Assembly (NCBI GenBank): GCA_964016885.1
Contig: OZ024743.1
Coordinates: forward strand, 256,556,001-256,620,000
Direction of reading: 5' to 3'
Source: Eledone cirrhosa
Taxonomy: Eukaryota
Length of the DNA: 64,000 bases
Positions 1 to 13,596 of the stretch are shown in pieces. The notes under the pieces are model-generated. The model was not told the DNA's origin. It did no database searches and saw nothing but the letters and a program-made list of their open reading frames with translations. Numbering within the stretch: the first letter of the stretch is position 1; every line of letters starts with the position of its first letter. The translations under genes and the position numbers were made by a program.

Positions 1-3000
1 ACTGTAGAATTTCTTTGTAGACATAGTTGTCAGCAAACAGACCCCTTTCATTTAATATTTTTGTATTTTCTTTTTTTGTAACTCATGATAATGCAACATA
101 CATCTGACCATGTGAGAAGAATTGTGTTCGTAGATATACACCTATCTTTTCAAATGTCTGACCTTGTGCCTTGTTGCATGTAAGGGCAAAGGCTGGTTTG
201 ACAGTAAAATGCTTGCGAGTAAAGGCGAAAGGGAACTCAAGCTCTTGAGATACATGTGATATCCTTGGGATTAGCAACCTTGTTCCAGCATTGGGACCCA
301 ATATCACTTCAGCTTCTATTACATGATTATGTAAACTGATGATGATGTGTGTTGTGAAGCCTGATGGAGTAAGTTTGTTGATGAACTCAATTGGATATTG
401 CAGTATCAGAGCTTCTGTAGATTATTTCATGACTAGGGAACTTGTTGACCATGAACTCATTCACCAATCTTGCTGCATCATTTGTTGGAGTGATAATGGC
501 TCTATTTTCAAGCCATAGTGAGATTGTGTAGTTTCCTGGAAGATTTGTATACACAAAATCACACAGTCCAGACACATTACCATATTCCAGACAAAGTTCA
601 TTTGGCAGAAAAATTGTGAATGCACCTACAGTTGGAACAGTTGGAGTGTTACCATTTCCCACATCAAGAAGGTAGTTTGCAAACAGTCTTTCATCAGAAT
701 CCCCTGCATTAATTAACCGCTGATTGGTTGTCATCTCCATGGTTTCCACATAGTCCCAGAGATAGGATCTCTTGATGGTTGCCTCAACTATTTGTGGTCT
801 AGTACCATGACGTACAACTGGAAGAATTTGCTTCCACTCACCAGATAGTAATACTGTTAGACCACCAAATGGCTTTTTGCAATCTCTAACATCTTTGAAG
901 CTCCTGTCAAGGCATTCAAAGATATGCTTATGTCCCATACCTATCTCATCAATGATAAGCAGGTCAGGTTGCTGCATAAGTTTACCTGTCTCGCCCCTCT
1001 TTGTGAAGAAGTAAGTTGATTCAGCAGTCACTTGGAATGAAGAGTTCTACCTTTGTGAAGCAAAGTGGCTGCTATTCCAGATATGGCAGTGGTAAGTGCA
1101 ATTTTTATTTTAGATCGGAGGTAATCCAGTAAGATGTTTATAACATAGGTCTTTCCTGAACCTGCACTTGCATTCAAGCAGAAAATTCTGCCTTCATTTT
1201 CATTTACAGAGGTGATTACTTTGTGAAAAATAACCAGTTGCTCAGGATTCAATGTTGGCAGAAGTTCATTTATGTTTGCTTGCAGTTGGTGTGTATTGAA
1301 ATCAGTTTCTGCCATAAGAACCCTGTTGATTTCTGTATGGCAACAATAGTTGGGTCTGGCCAAGGAAGTCCATAGTTGGCATGAATGCCCAAGCCATCAT
1401 GTTGAAGTCTTTGTTGGATCTTCTGTAGAACAATCTGCACGGTTTGTATGGACATGACTTGCTCATTACGTTCAGGCATGTTATCCTCTGCAAGACAATT
1501 TTTCAATTTCTCCCAGAACTGCAGAGGGTCATTTGGCATGCAGTACAATAAAATGGTGTAGAAGATCTCTCGTAGCTGAGCACCAAGTGTAATGGATGAG
1601 GCATCTTCCATATCCTTGTCTTTTTCTCCATCTTCATCCAATAGACCAAGTTTTCTGCATGCTTCTTGGAATGCTGGAAATTCAACTCCTTCAATTGTTC
1701 TCAAATCTTTGAATGAAGTTGACCCAGCCTTGTGATGTAGTATCATCCTGAGATAATATAATTAAGATTGATGTCTACTGAGAGATACTGTTGGAATACG
1801 TCCAAGAGATTCCCTCATAAATAGTTGATCACCATGCAGATGTCCCTTCTTTCTTCTTTGCCACTTTTTGTCTAAGTGAAATATTTAGGAATATCAATAT
1901 GCAATATGTTTTGTGCCAGTGAGTCTCTAATATTCAGTTGAAAATATTCCGTCAACTTAGTCATTGGCTGTCCCCTTGAAACAACACTTTCTTCCTGCCC
2001 TTGCTCATACACAACCATTTGTTCCCCAGGTAAATGGCAAGGCAACTTTTCAACTGGAGGTTTTTGATGATGTAATGGAAATTTATAGATTCTCCAGAAT
2101 GGCTGAGATGTACCATGCATTGATATAGGTCTCAATCTCATTTTGGGCATGGACACAATTTCCTTGATCATCCTTAATAGTGAAAATGATCTTGTCTGAT
2201 CCTTTTATGATGTACTTATATCAGTATTTAACAGCCTTGACACCGTGGACAACCTCACAATTGATGTAGCACTGATATCTTAATGAGAGGAAAAGGTTGT
2301 ATGGAACAATCCAACGATTATCAACGGTAAATTCTTGACCTTTAAGTTGGATCGTATGGGTGTGACCACCATGCTGTCTATCTCTTCTTCTATACTCCGG
2401 AAAGGAATTTTCGGCAAGAAATGTGGTTTGTCTGAATGTCATGGGATAACTTTTTGAGCAATGGCGTTGTTATCCTAGCCCTTCCATACATGAGCACAAC
2501 ATATTAGCTTGTCCACATGGGCCATGAATATTGCAGGATGTGATGATCTTATGCAGAATTGCATTGGTCTCTTTATCAGGAATCTCACAGTACACTACCT
2601 GATCAATGGCATCAGCAGTTTTGGGCTTGCTATCTTCAGCCATTATCAGCAGAATATGAGCATGAATGAGGTCTCGTTTTCTGCCACTCTATTGTAGCAG
2701 AATGAGCCACAACTTTTCCTAGGACATTTTTTTTCAGTATGTCATCCATGAGGCTGTCATACTTGATCTTGAAGACTCTTGCACAAATATTAGGATCATC
2801 GCTAGGTTTCACCAGGGTGCAAACTATTTTTTATTTCATTCCAGTTAGGGTTAGTTGTTACCGTAATGTAATGAGATGGCTTTCCCATGTGTCATCAAAT
2901 TCTAAAAACACGCACTGTAGAAGCGAGGGGAACCATAGATTGAAGGAGGAAGAACAAACTCTCCGGCCTGCATTTACTGAATCTCCTTCAGTCACAGCAT

Positions 3001-4092
3001 CATACATGCCCTCATACTTTTCAGCTTGTATCATGGTTTGATTGTTGCGGGCCCATTTGAATCGACAATGTTCTATTTTTGCCTGGGCATCTACAGCATA
3101 TTGCTGCATCAACCGCCTGCTCTTCATGATAATGTTACAGTCACCTTGCCTAACTTGAAACCGGTAACAGTAGAAATCAGTGGGTGTGAGTGTGTGGTTG
3201 TTGTCAATCCTTTTCAAACCAACCTGAAACCCATCATTCCCCTAAGGAGACAGTAGCACGTAATGCAGAAGATCATAAGAACAGTGCAACTGATGAATCC
3301 TTTGAAGACCACCATCTCTTTTATGAATGATGACATCCAAGTGACCTAATGCTGTATCAGGTTGAATAACAGCAATCTCAGATACCATGGGAAGATTATA
3401 TGCACGACAATGAAAATCAGTGGGTTTTACGTTGTCAGCATGTAGGACAATATTCACATTTTCAGAGACTGGCATTTCAATGACTGCCTTGAAGCTTCTT
3501 ATCTAGGTGTTGCAGTAGAGCAAGTCTTCTTGCAGGTCCTGCAGGACAGCAGAATCTAAATTAGCATGATGCAAGCGATTCTGAAGCTCATGATCTCTAT
3601 CATAGAAGTAAAGCTGCGCAAACTTGGGTGAAGCATCAGTTAGAAGTAGTGATCCAATAATATGACAAATCTTACCTTGGGTCGTAAATGTCGGACTAAA
3701 TCCTGGTGCTTTAATCTCTTTGCAACAAATTGAAGCTAAGGCAAGCACATTCTTATATGCACGGATCTTATGGAGAAAAGAATTTACTGATTAAGTAATA
3801 TCGATATATTTCAGTATATTTGGTGGAGGAGGAGGAAGTCGAGAGAGTTTCACTTTTCCCTGGAAGCAGCACAGAGATTTGGGCTCATGTGGCTAACAAT
3901 AAGCTTTGCAGTGCGGACAAAGAGAGGCAAAGAGACTCCCTGCATTATGTTGTTGCATTATGGAAATAGCAATTTGCTCTTGGAAAGGTTTATCTGTAGG
4001 ATTCTTTGCCAGACCTTCAATTGACCTGTTCCTTCCTCTCTCGGAGTTTGGTGTATTTGTTGCAAGTTGTTGTTGGAGTGTTAACTGAATTA
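1..4092 (-). mobile_element. Helitron RepHel coding region, decayed by frameshifts and stops; runs off the window start
   Basis: PIF1-family helicase motifs in successive ORF fragments: NASAGSGKT (Walker A, 1028-1363), LLIIDEIG and GEWKQILPV (387-1031), FALTCNKAQGQTF and FSHGQMYVALS (83-307). HUH Rep motif EWQK..LIHAHILL at ~2640-2700. Helitron-typical DNRWIVPYN, KFAQLYFYD and zinc finger CPHCKA...CCFQGKVKL (~3850-3920). Confidence 0.95.
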
Positions 4093-7000
4093 CATCATCA
4101 TCATCCTTTTACGTCCGCTTTTCCCTGCTTGCAAGGGTGGGACGGGTCCTATTCAGCACAGCATCTCACCACTTGTCACGGTCCTTCGTCATCTCCACCG
4201 TGAGCTTCAGCGATCTAAGGTCTGCTCTCACCACCTCCGCTCATACGTCTTCCTTCAACTGGCATTTCTTGGCACTTCTTCACTCATCGGTCAACCTCCA
4301 AGCGCATCACATCTCCATACTATCGCAGTCTCCTCTCCCACACACTACAATTTATCCATCTCAGACACAGTTTCTCTATCAACACATCCATGCTCCGTCG
4401 TTCACGCTCATTGACATTGCACATCCAACGGAGCATGCTTGCCTCATTTCTCTCAAGCCGTGGCATATCCTCTGCAGTTGCTGCCCATGTCTCACTACCA
4501 TGGAGCATTGCGCACCTCACACAGGCATCATATAACCGGTCTTTCGTACTCAGGGAGAATCCCTTTTTCGTCAGCAGAGGAAGCAGCTCCCTAAACTTCT
4601 TCCAACCCATCCTTATTCTAGATACTACAGCCTCGGAACACCCCCCTCCCATGCTAATCTGATCACCTAGGTACCACTTCTATAGCACTCACCTGCATTG
4701 GAAAAATGTGTCTATCAATGCGACTTCTACTGTCAAATTTTCCTGCACATCTACTGTATACGTATTTCTCCCTACCTGTTAGTTTGCCTGCTATCTCACT
4801 ACATCTCTTGTGTACCCAAGATCTGCATTGTATACATTTTATAGAATGTATGCCAGTTCCTTTTCTGCATATCGACCATGGTAATTACCCTAATGGAATC
4901 AGTGTTTTGTCCTCTTTTCTACTCATCAACACTTTTGTGTTAGCTAGGTTCATTCTCAGTCCCCTTGATACCAACTGTTGTTTCCATAGCCAGAATTTCT
5001 TCTCTAGCTCCTCTACTGATTCTCCTATAAGAACCAGATCGTCAGCATAGAGAAGTTCCCATAGACAGCCAGTCTTAAACTCTTCTGCTATGGCTTGGAG
5101 GACTATAATGATCAAGAGCGGGCTGAGGACCTAACCCTGATGTACACCTACTTGTATCTGGAATTCTTCACTTAACTCCATTCCTACCCTGACTTTACTG
5201 ACAGCACCTCTGTACAAAACTTGCACTGTCCTCACAAGCCATTCCTCAACACTTAGTTCCCTTAGGGACCACCAGATGATAGATCGGGGTACCCTATCAA
5301 AAGCCTTCTCTAGGTCAACAGCAGCTAAGTATAGTGGCTTATTCTTCTCTAAGAATCTCTCTCTCTATTGTAGTTGTCTCACCAAGAAGAGGGCATCTGT
5401 TGTACTTTTGCCAGGCACATAACCAAACTGCATCTCATCGAGTTTGATCCTTTCTCTAATTAGTTGCACTAATATCCTTTCTGCCACTTTCATAACCTGA
5501 TCCATCAGTTTTATGCCCCTATAATTGCTTCTCTCCAGAGCATCCCCTTTACCTTTGTAGCAATTTATGAGAATACTGCCGCACCAGTCTTTAGGTATGA
5601 CACCGCCATTTATATCTTGATTGGTGATGCATGCAACCAGTTTAGTGCCTACGTCCCCTGATGCCTTCAGCATCTCAGACACTATCCACGACGCTCCAGT
5701 GCCCTTACCATTCTTCATTTCCTTAATTGTCTCTTGGACCCTATATTCAACAATCTCAATAGCTGGTCCCTCTGTCGGATCTACTGGAGGTAATTTCTCT
5801 CTCACCCATTTGTTCTCTACATTCATCAGTCTCTCAAAATGACATTTCCAGGCCTCCTTCTTTTGATCATTCGTGACGCTAAGTACACCGGCATCCTTCC
5901 GGACACATTTATCTCCAACAACATCCTGATTTGCACTGACACACTGCCTTGCAATGCGGAACACCGCACATCTCTAATCTTCCCGTCGCAGAACATTAGC
6001 AAACTTCCTACTCTCAGCCTCCCTGCGTGCTAAATTCAACTGACGTCTAGCTTCTCTCTTAACGGCTGTATATCCTTCTCTACTCCCTCTATTTTTCCAA
6101 GCATTCCATTGTAGTCTTTTGTCTCTAATGGTCCCATCTACCGTGTTGTTCCACCACCAGGTCACTCTCTGTCTGGTTGGAGCTCACTTAAGAAATTCCA
6201 GTTATCATCTATGTCATACGACTCTAAAACGTCTTCTTTTTCGTCATACATATCTTGAAGGACTTTCCTAAATTTATATTTTAATGAAAGGCCTTTTAGC
6301 TTCCAGACCTTTCTTCCCCACACCTTTCTGTATGTCTTATTCCGTCTCTTGCTTACTGAGATATCACTAACGACTAATCTATGCTGTGGTGTACATTCTT
6401 CCCCGGGGTATGCCTTGGTATTTGACACCATCTGCCTGTCCCGCTGCCTAACTAGCAAGAAGTCAATTTGGCTTATATGCTCGCCTGATTTGTAGGTCAT
6501 TAGGTGGTTGACTGTTTTCTGGATGTTAGTGTTGCAAATGGTTAGTGCACTTGCATCACAAAATTCAAGAAATCTCACTCCTTCATTTTTTTAGCCGTAA
6601 CCATGCCCACATGTACCCCAGTGTAACCATCCTAGAGCTGTCCAACATGACCATTGAAGTCCCCTGCTAGCATAACGATGTCTCCGTCTTCTGTCATTGC
6701 AGCTGTTTGTAAAAGTTGCTCGTAAAAGCAGTCTGTCTCTTCTTTACCTAGGCCTGCCTGGGGAACATAGGCAGAGATGATTGTCAGTAGTCTCTTGCCT
6801 ACAACTAATCTGAGCTTAATTATTCTATTACTAACTCAAAGTACCTCTATTGTCTTATCGATCCATTTCTCAGCCAGGGAAATGCATACTCCCCCTAACC
6901 CATCATCATTACCCACCCAGAAAAGCTTATAGCTAAGATGTTTGCCTGCGATTAGTCTCGCAGAGGCACCTCTCCACTATTTCACCAGATCTACCAGTGA

Positions 7001-7178
7001 GATTGCCAACATTAAGTGTTCCAACTCTGAGATTCAACGTCTTCATATTCTTGTTCCTTTTCCTGAAGTGCGATTGCTTGATGACAGTCGGGGGTTCTCG
7101 CACATGCCCTCACCAGCCACACCTCTACCATGCGCAGCCCTAACACGGTTAGTGTTATTGCTGTTTACGTAGTTGTTG
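4093..7178 (-). mobile_element. RTE-clade LINE, nearly full length, decayed (APE endonuclease + RT)
   Basis: Endonuclease motifs GDFNGHVG, SQIDFLL, PQHRLVV. RT motifs CYKGKGDALERSNYRGIKL, QFGY, LLYADDLVL. C-terminal RRLR. 3' end GGAAAAGCGGACGTAAAAG + (GAT)n tail at ~4093-4125. Confidence 0.95.
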
Positions 7179-7410
7179 TTGGGCATTTGTAGAAATGTGT
7201 TGGGATGTTGTAGAGCGATTATTGTTCGATTGATTTGCTCTCATCTCTCTTTGTCATTGTGCGTCTGCTGCCATGCGTTGGGATTTAGATGAGAAATGTT
7301 TTCTGCAACCCATGTTCACTTTCTGTCATGTATGTATAAATATATGTTATCTTTACGGTGAAATCTTAGAAATAAATATATGTTAAAACAAAAAAAATAC
7401 ATATATAGGA
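7179..7410 (-). mobile_element. Probable 5' end of the same Helitron, separated by the RTE insertion
   Basis: Minus strand begins A|TCCTATATATGT at 7410, matching a Helitron 5'-TC after A. Then an ATG frame MGCRKHFSSKSQRMAADAQ*QREMR..QQQL that resembles the QQQLATN.. sequence resuming below 4092. Confidence 0.55.
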
Positions 7411-7622
7411 TCGATCGACTTTCATCAAACCGGACCGAGGAAACAATGTTTCCGTTGGTCTTTCCAATTGCTAATACTATCTATTGGTCGCAACTCCAGG
7501 TAGAAGGAGCAACGTGGAACAAAGTGTCTTGCTCAAGGACATAACCCATCGTCTGGTCCAGGAATCGAACTGACAACCACACGATTGCGAATCCAGTTCT
7601 CTAACGAATCAGCCATGCGCCA
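7411..7622 (-). mobile_element. tRNA-derived SINE with CORE-like central domain, 3'-interrupted at the Helitron end
   Basis: Minus strand: box A TGGCTGATTCGTTAG, box B GTTCGATTCC, then TCCTTGAGCAAGACACTT. Similar to the copies at 10157 and 26437. Confidence 0.7.
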
Positions 7623-7649
7623 TCACACACACACATATATAAATATATA

Positions 7650-10118
7650 TATTTTAAAGTTGAGACAGTAGACAGTAAAGAAAAAAACAACTTGGAAGTG
7701 AAGAGGCAGTACAAATGTTAATATTAGCTTCGCGCTTAAGAGTGCAGGGGGGGGGGGCGTTTCGGGCATAAGCCCCTCATCAGGAGAAAAGTGTGCAGGA
7801 AGAGTATTCCAAGGATGTGTGGGGGAGTGGTGGAAAGACATTTAAAAAAAGGGGCGGGGGAGGAAACAGGAAGGTAAACAATTTCTTTAGCGAGTAAAAA
7901 AATAAAAAATAAAAAGAAACAAGTGGTGAACGGGTGTGAGGCGTGTAGCGGTGGTGGTGTGTGGATGGGGTGGAGAGGGGAGAGGGAGACGTGGGGGGTC
8001 CGAGCGGGGAGGGCTGAAGGTGGTGTGTGTATATGTGTGTAGGTGTACGTGTGTGTGTGTGTGTGTGTGGATATAAGTGTGAGAGTTGGGGGAAGAACGA
8101 GGTTCCATGTTCGGGTAATAGGGAAACCAGTGTGTACATGGGGTGGGGTATAAGTCGGTGTGTGTGTTTGCGTGTGGATGGAGAGGGGTTAGAGGGGGTG
8201 GAGGAGAGGATGTGTGTGGAGTCTGGAGGCTGAGTGTGTGTATGTGAGGATAAGCAAGTGTGTGTGTTTATATGTGGTGTGAATGTATGGTTGCATGGTG
8301 TAAGTGTTTGTACATGTGTCTGTGTGTTCTTGGATATTTTTCCGCCGACTATGAAACCGGATGATTCTGGGGGTGGCAGGGTAGATAGCTGGAGCGATGG
8401 ACTGGTGGTGTAAAATCCTGGTATGGGACTGAGGAAGTGGAGAGTTGTGCGGTGCGCGAGCAACAGGAAGTGATCAGAGGGTCAAGGCAGGGCGAAGGAG
8501 GTGGGAGGAAGGAGATATAAGTAGGGAGGTGACAGCAGGCAAGTAGTGTGGAGGTTGACAGGTATAGAGATGGTTTGTATGTGGTGTGGATTGTGTGTAT
8601 GTGTGTGCGGAGGAGCGGTGGACAGGGGAGGGGATGTGTAGGTGTGAAAGGTGGAGGGAGAGGGTGGTGGTGTGGGGGGGGGGGGGGTTGATGTGTATAT
8701 TAGTGGAGGTGTTAGTGTGTGTGTGTGGGAAAGGGTGTGTTGGTAGAGCGGGGAGAGAGAGAGGGTGAGAAGGTGTTGGGGACAGAAGGAGGGAGTATAA
8801 TGTACTGGTATGTGTGTGGTAAAGTGGGTGTTAGAATTACTGGTGGTGCGGGGAGGGGTTGATTGCGGGTGTGTGAGTAGGGGTTAGTGGTGGTAGTGTG
8901 TGTGTGAAGTGGGTGGTGTATCGGTACGTAGGTGTGGGTGAGTGTATGTGTGATGGGGTGTGTTCATGTGTGTGTGGTGAGGGGGAAGTTTGGTGTGTCG
9001 AACTGGAAACGTCGCAAGAGGCGGAGGATGGCGCGGTGGAGGGGTGGTAGGTGAGGTGGAAGGGGAGACGGAGGGAGGGGGGAAGTGGAGCGGTGGACAG
9101 ACGGGCACGAGTGAGGGCGGCGTAACAGAAAATGAGGAAGAAAGAGACAAGTCCCAGATTTCTATGAATTTAAATTCGGTGAAATCGTGAACGAGAGAAT
9201 AAAGACCATCAAACCTGGTTGAAATGTGAGCAAGGAAGGAATTTCGCACAGGTCTAACGGGAGGAAGAAGGGGTCTGGTCTGCGAATTCAGTAAACATAA
9301 GTTCTGTGAAATCGTAGACGAGAGAGAGAAAAAATTCATACCAGCTTGGACAGCGTGCGGGAGAAAAGAATTACACACAGGTCAAACGGGAAGAAAGAGG
9401 AGGAGGAGAGGTAGTGACAGAGAATGAGTGAGTGAAGGGTGAGGAAGAGGCTAACAGAGAGAGAGAGACTGCTAGAAAGGGTAAAGATACATAGAACGAA
9501 AAAGACAGTAGCAGCAGAGGAAAAAATATGTGTAAATATGAAAATAAGGGCGCTGCTGAGTTGCAAATGGGTTACATATGAAAAAAGTTTGTCCTTCATC
9601 AGTGATCTTCCAACCATCATAGGAATTTCATCGCTTTAAAGACCATATACCTCCGGTTAGTGCGAGCAACGGCTAAAAAAAGACGTTGGGACACGTAAAT
9701 AAAGGGGACGCGAGGGTAAACAAACAAAATGGTGAAGCAACAGAAAGTGAGGAAGAAAGAGACAAGTCCCAGATTTCTATGAATTTAAATTCGGTGAAAT
9801 CGTGAACGAGAGAATAAAGACCATCATACCTGGTTGAAATGTGAGCAAGGAAGGAATTTCGCACAGGTCTAACGGGAGGAATGTATCTTTACCCTTTCTA
9901 GCAGTCTCTCTCTTTCTGTTAGCCTCTTCCTCACCCTTCACTCACTCATTCTCTGTCACTACCTCCCCTCCTCCTCTTTCTTCCCGTCTGACCTGTGTGT
10001 AATTATTTTCTCCCGCACGCTGACCAAGCTGGTATGAATTTTTTCTCTCTCTCGTCTACGATTTCACAGAACTTATGTTTACCGAATTCGCAGACCAGAC
10101 CCCTTCTTCCTCCCGTTA
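7650..10118 (-). mobile_element. Rearranged repeat element, probably a non-autonomous PLE remnant
   Basis: Partial hammerhead core near the minus-strand 3' end (7757-7790). Strongly strand-biased G/T-rich body. Direct repeat 9124-9266 / 9739-9881 and inverted repeat 9255-9492 / 9881-10118. Ends in (TA)n. Confidence 0.45.
7757..7790 (-). ncRNA. Partial hammerhead ribozyme core
   Basis: Minus strand CTGATGA-G-GGGC-TTAT-GCCC-GAAAC. The stem III and cleavage triplet region is replaced by a C run, so probably inactive. Confidence 0.55.
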
Positions 10119-10156
10119 TATATATATATATATAGTCCCTATCATCTCATTTCTAC

Positions 10157-10402
10157 TTAGTGGTTAGAGCATTGGCTTTGCAATCGAAAGGTTGTGAGTT
10201 CAATTCTCAGACCGGGTGATGTGTTGTTTCCTTGAGCAAGACACTTTATTTCACATTGCTCCAGTTTACTCAGCTGTAGAAATGAGATGATAGGGACTGG
10301 GGTCTCTATCATACCACTGCAAAGTGGTCGTGGAGGTGCCATGGCAAAAAAAGCACCCAGCAGGGAAAAAGCGGACGTAAAATGAAATGATGATGATGAT
10401 GA
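10157..10402 (+). mobile_element. tRNA-head / CORE-like SINE with RTE-derived 3' tail, internally deleted
   Basis: TAGTGGTTAGAG (box A), GAGTTCAATTC (box B), CCTTGAGCAAGACACTT, then GCAGGGAAAAAGCGGACGTAAAA(TGA)n matching the RTE 3' end at 4093-4130. Confidence 0.8.
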
Positions 10403-10520
10403 TCACCTTGATCACCTTGACCGACCAGTCTGTCGGGCGCCAATCGATGCCGCTGGTCACAGCATGTCGTGCTGTTTTAGCCATAAGATAACGGCATCCC
10501 ACTGGCTGGGTGGGCAGGCC
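10403..10520 (-). repeat. GC-rich structured repeat fragment, probably the 3' end of another retroposon
   Basis: Minus strand has hairpins ACAGCA-cgaca-TGCTGT and GACCAG...CTGGTC and ends in GTGATCAAGGTGATC repeats. Confidence 0.35.
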
Positions 10521-11322
10521 TATATATATATAGTAATAATAAATGCGGTGCATATAACTATCTATCTATTCCTCTCTCTGTCTATCTATCGTTCTCATAT
10601 TTACACACATCAATATATATTATATATAATCATTGAAAAGCTTCACCTAAAGATTCTTTTCTCTTTGACAGAGACCACCACAAGATTTCAACAGTTGACA
10701 ATGCTATAACACATTCCAGAATTTGCAACCAACTATCTTTGGCAATAATATCTACTACAAAATATTGAACTGAAAAATGGTTAAGCTAGCTATGTCAATT
10801 CTGCAGATTGCTCTTCAGTTACTCTTAAATGAAATTTTGTTTCATTGCATTCCACACAAGCATTTTCTAAAACCCCAGTAAACACACACAGTGAGCAGTA
10901 TGCAAAGCGTTAACTATTCAAAACATGGTATTGCCAAGCATTTGATGCAATTGATATCTAAGCATGTTCTAATGTTTCAAGAATCCCTTTCTCTCCACCT
11001 CATTCCAACTAAGCTGCATTTAATAATTTAATTCTCCTGTGTCCTCACAAATAGCAACATATCATTCAAGTAAATTCTTTACCTGCATATAGGATTCTGC
11101 AGTTCTTAATATTAAGTAGGAGGAGACAAAAATGAAAATGAAGAAGAAAGGAAAGGTGGAGGCAGAGAAGGAGTAGAAGAAGGAAGAAGACGATGATGGT
11201 GAGCGGCAACAGCAAAACGTCTATTCTCTGTTTTGCTTCTAAAACCAAAAGCATTTTAGTGTGATTTATCTTATAAGGGGCAATAATTTTTTTTATCATT
11301 ATCAAATGAAAAACACAACATC

Positions 11323-11364
<42 letters not shown>

Positions 11365-11654
11365 TCATAAGGAATGAATAACTAGGAAATGTTAAATGGT
11401 AAAGGCACATGTTCTTAACATGTTATCTGATACCAGATAAGGGATATAGATTACTAATAAAAGAAATATATTATGTGATGATATATATATATAGCAAGGG
11501 TTGGATGGCTCTACAAAATCAGCACTGAAGCAGGGCTACTGACTTCTTAGACCAGCCAAGGGTTCCACATCCAGCTTCTGTATGGTCATATTAAGTGCAG
11601 AAGAGAAGTTGCATCTTTTGACACAAAAGGAAGGGTCTGCCCAACCACTTGTTT

Positions 11655-12020
11655 GATAAACCTTCTACGGCTGGATGCCCTTCCTAAAACCAACCAGTTT
11701 ACAGCATGCACTGGGTGATATATTGTGTAGATCACCAGCACTAGGGAGTTTGTCATGTCCTTGACACAACTATAGTGTCCTCCCAACCCTTTGTTTGGCA
11801 AGCTTTCTATGGCTGCATGCACTTCCTATCACCAACAACTTTACAGTCTGTAATGGTTGAGTTTATTGTGTTGATCACCAATACTAGATAAGTTGTTGTA
11901 TCTTTAACACAACTAAAGGGTGCTCTCAACTCTTATAGGCATGGATTCTACAGCAGAGGACCTTTCTGTAATCAATTACCTTTACAGAATATACTGGGTG
12001 CATTTTCATGGCACCATCAC
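11655..12020 (-). repeat. Three degenerate ~145-bp tandem units containing the RTE-UTR motif
   Basis: Repeated TTCTA..GCTGGATGCCCTTCCTA..ACCAACCA.TTTACAG....ACTGGGTG at ~11663, ~11805 and ~11946. Confidence 0.6.
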
Positions 12021-12374
12021 TAAAGGTCCAACTATAGCGCCTTCCCTGTTCTGGAGAGAGGAGCAATAGGGGCGAGAGATAGGTTGAAGATATAGGTATA
12101 CATGCGGATTTGGGCAGAGCAATGAGTAAAGCATCAGTATGGCTGATTAGTGAATGGAGAGGGGGTGTGTAGTGACGTGAAGGATGTGGTTGATAGAAAG
12201 GGAGGCACGGGTAGTTGATGCAGTAGTCATGAGGGTGAATGGTGGGAATGCTAGTGGGAAGGACGTGGAGGGGTTCATAGATATGTCAGGTCATATTGTA
12301 TGCTGGTGGCTGGGCCTTAGTCATCACAACATAGTACCAAATGTCTCAATTCTTTGTCATCTCAGTTATGAGGC

Positions 12375-12600
12375 CTAGTTTATTAGTTTCTTCACTACAT
12401 CATCCCATATTTTCCTGGGTCTGCCTTTCCCTCAGGTTCTTGCCACTGAAATTGTTCTGAATTTCCTTATTCAGCTGTTATCCCCCATATGCATCACGTG
12501 TCCAAACCAGTGCAGTCTTCTCTTATGCACATTATATCCAATTCCTCTTATGCCAAGTTTTCCTCTTAGTTTACTTATACTACATCATTCATGCACACAT
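12375..12600 (-). mobile_element. Old RTE 3' fragment
   Basis: Minus strand encodes RRLHWFGHVMHM and GRPRKIW. Confidence 0.7.
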
Positions 12601-13323
12601 TTTACACACAAGGTATTGGTCAACTAATAGCTGTGGCAGAGGACATGTACCCAGAATGCTTTGCATTAAGACTGCACCTGAAATCAGTGATGTGAAGTGA
12701 GTTCCTTTGCATATCCATTCCTGCATTTATTTGTTCCCTTAATTTTCTTTTTACTTCGTAACAATAATAATCATAACATTAATAATAAAAGGAATTATGT
12801 AGCTATACATGAAATGTATTAGGGGGGATTATAGAAAGTTGTTAAATGGAGAAAAAGAAACTAAATGAAATATCAAATATAAATCTCTTTCCTCTTTGCA
12901 TCATATGAATATGTTTCAAGCAAGCTTATGCGCACTTAAGAAATATTTCCTTTTTGATTATCTTACAATGCTAATGAAGTGATTAAACATATGCTCTAAC
13001 TACTTAGCAATTAGTTTCTATTCAAATGAAAATCTTAATTTTTGATAAATTTACTTTTATTTGTTTTAATGAAGTGGCAAGTGCATCTCTACAACTTCGC
13101 AATAATATTCTTAATAGAATATATTTAACAGAGAAGAAAGAATGTGCTTTGTATATAGTTAGCATGTGTCTACCATTACACTGAATGTCTTTTACAGTCA
13201 AGCAAAATAGTGATTGAATGCTGAGTAACAAACTTGTAAAACTAGCTTCCACCTAGAAACATTGTTATAGCTGAATATGTTGCATTATATGTTGTTGTTT
13301 TTAACTCTTAACACTTGATACAG

Positions 13324-13596
13324 CATAAAATCACATTAGCAAAGCATTCCTGAAAAATTTCAAAACAACACTGTCTGTATCACATTAAAAATTTAAGTCT
13401 GCATATTTTCACAACAATGTGTCCACTAATAAAAATGTTATATCCATTTAATTAACAAACCACATAAAATCACATTAGTAAAGCATTTTTCAAAAATTAA
13501 AAAATAACACTGACTGCATCACATTGAAAAAGTCTGCATATTTTAAGAAAGATCTGTCTATTAGTAAATATATTATAACCATTTCAATTAACAAAC
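13324..13596. repeat. ~139-bp tandem duplication
   Basis: CATAAAATCACATTAG..AAAGCATT..AACACTG..TCACATT..AAGTCTGCATATTTT begins at 13324 and again at 13463. Confidence 0.75.

Noticed and set aside
7780-8463. 227-aa His/Thr/Pro-rich ORF
   Set aside because: Explained by CA/C-rich low-complexity strand bias; no domain motifs.
9575-9610. Minus-strand CTGATGAAGGACAAAC
   Set aside because: Lacks stem II and GAAA.
10671-10779. Exon-like segment after the strong acceptor TTTTTCTCTTTGACAG
   Set aside because: All three frames stop before the candidate donor; could be a UTR exon but cannot be supported.
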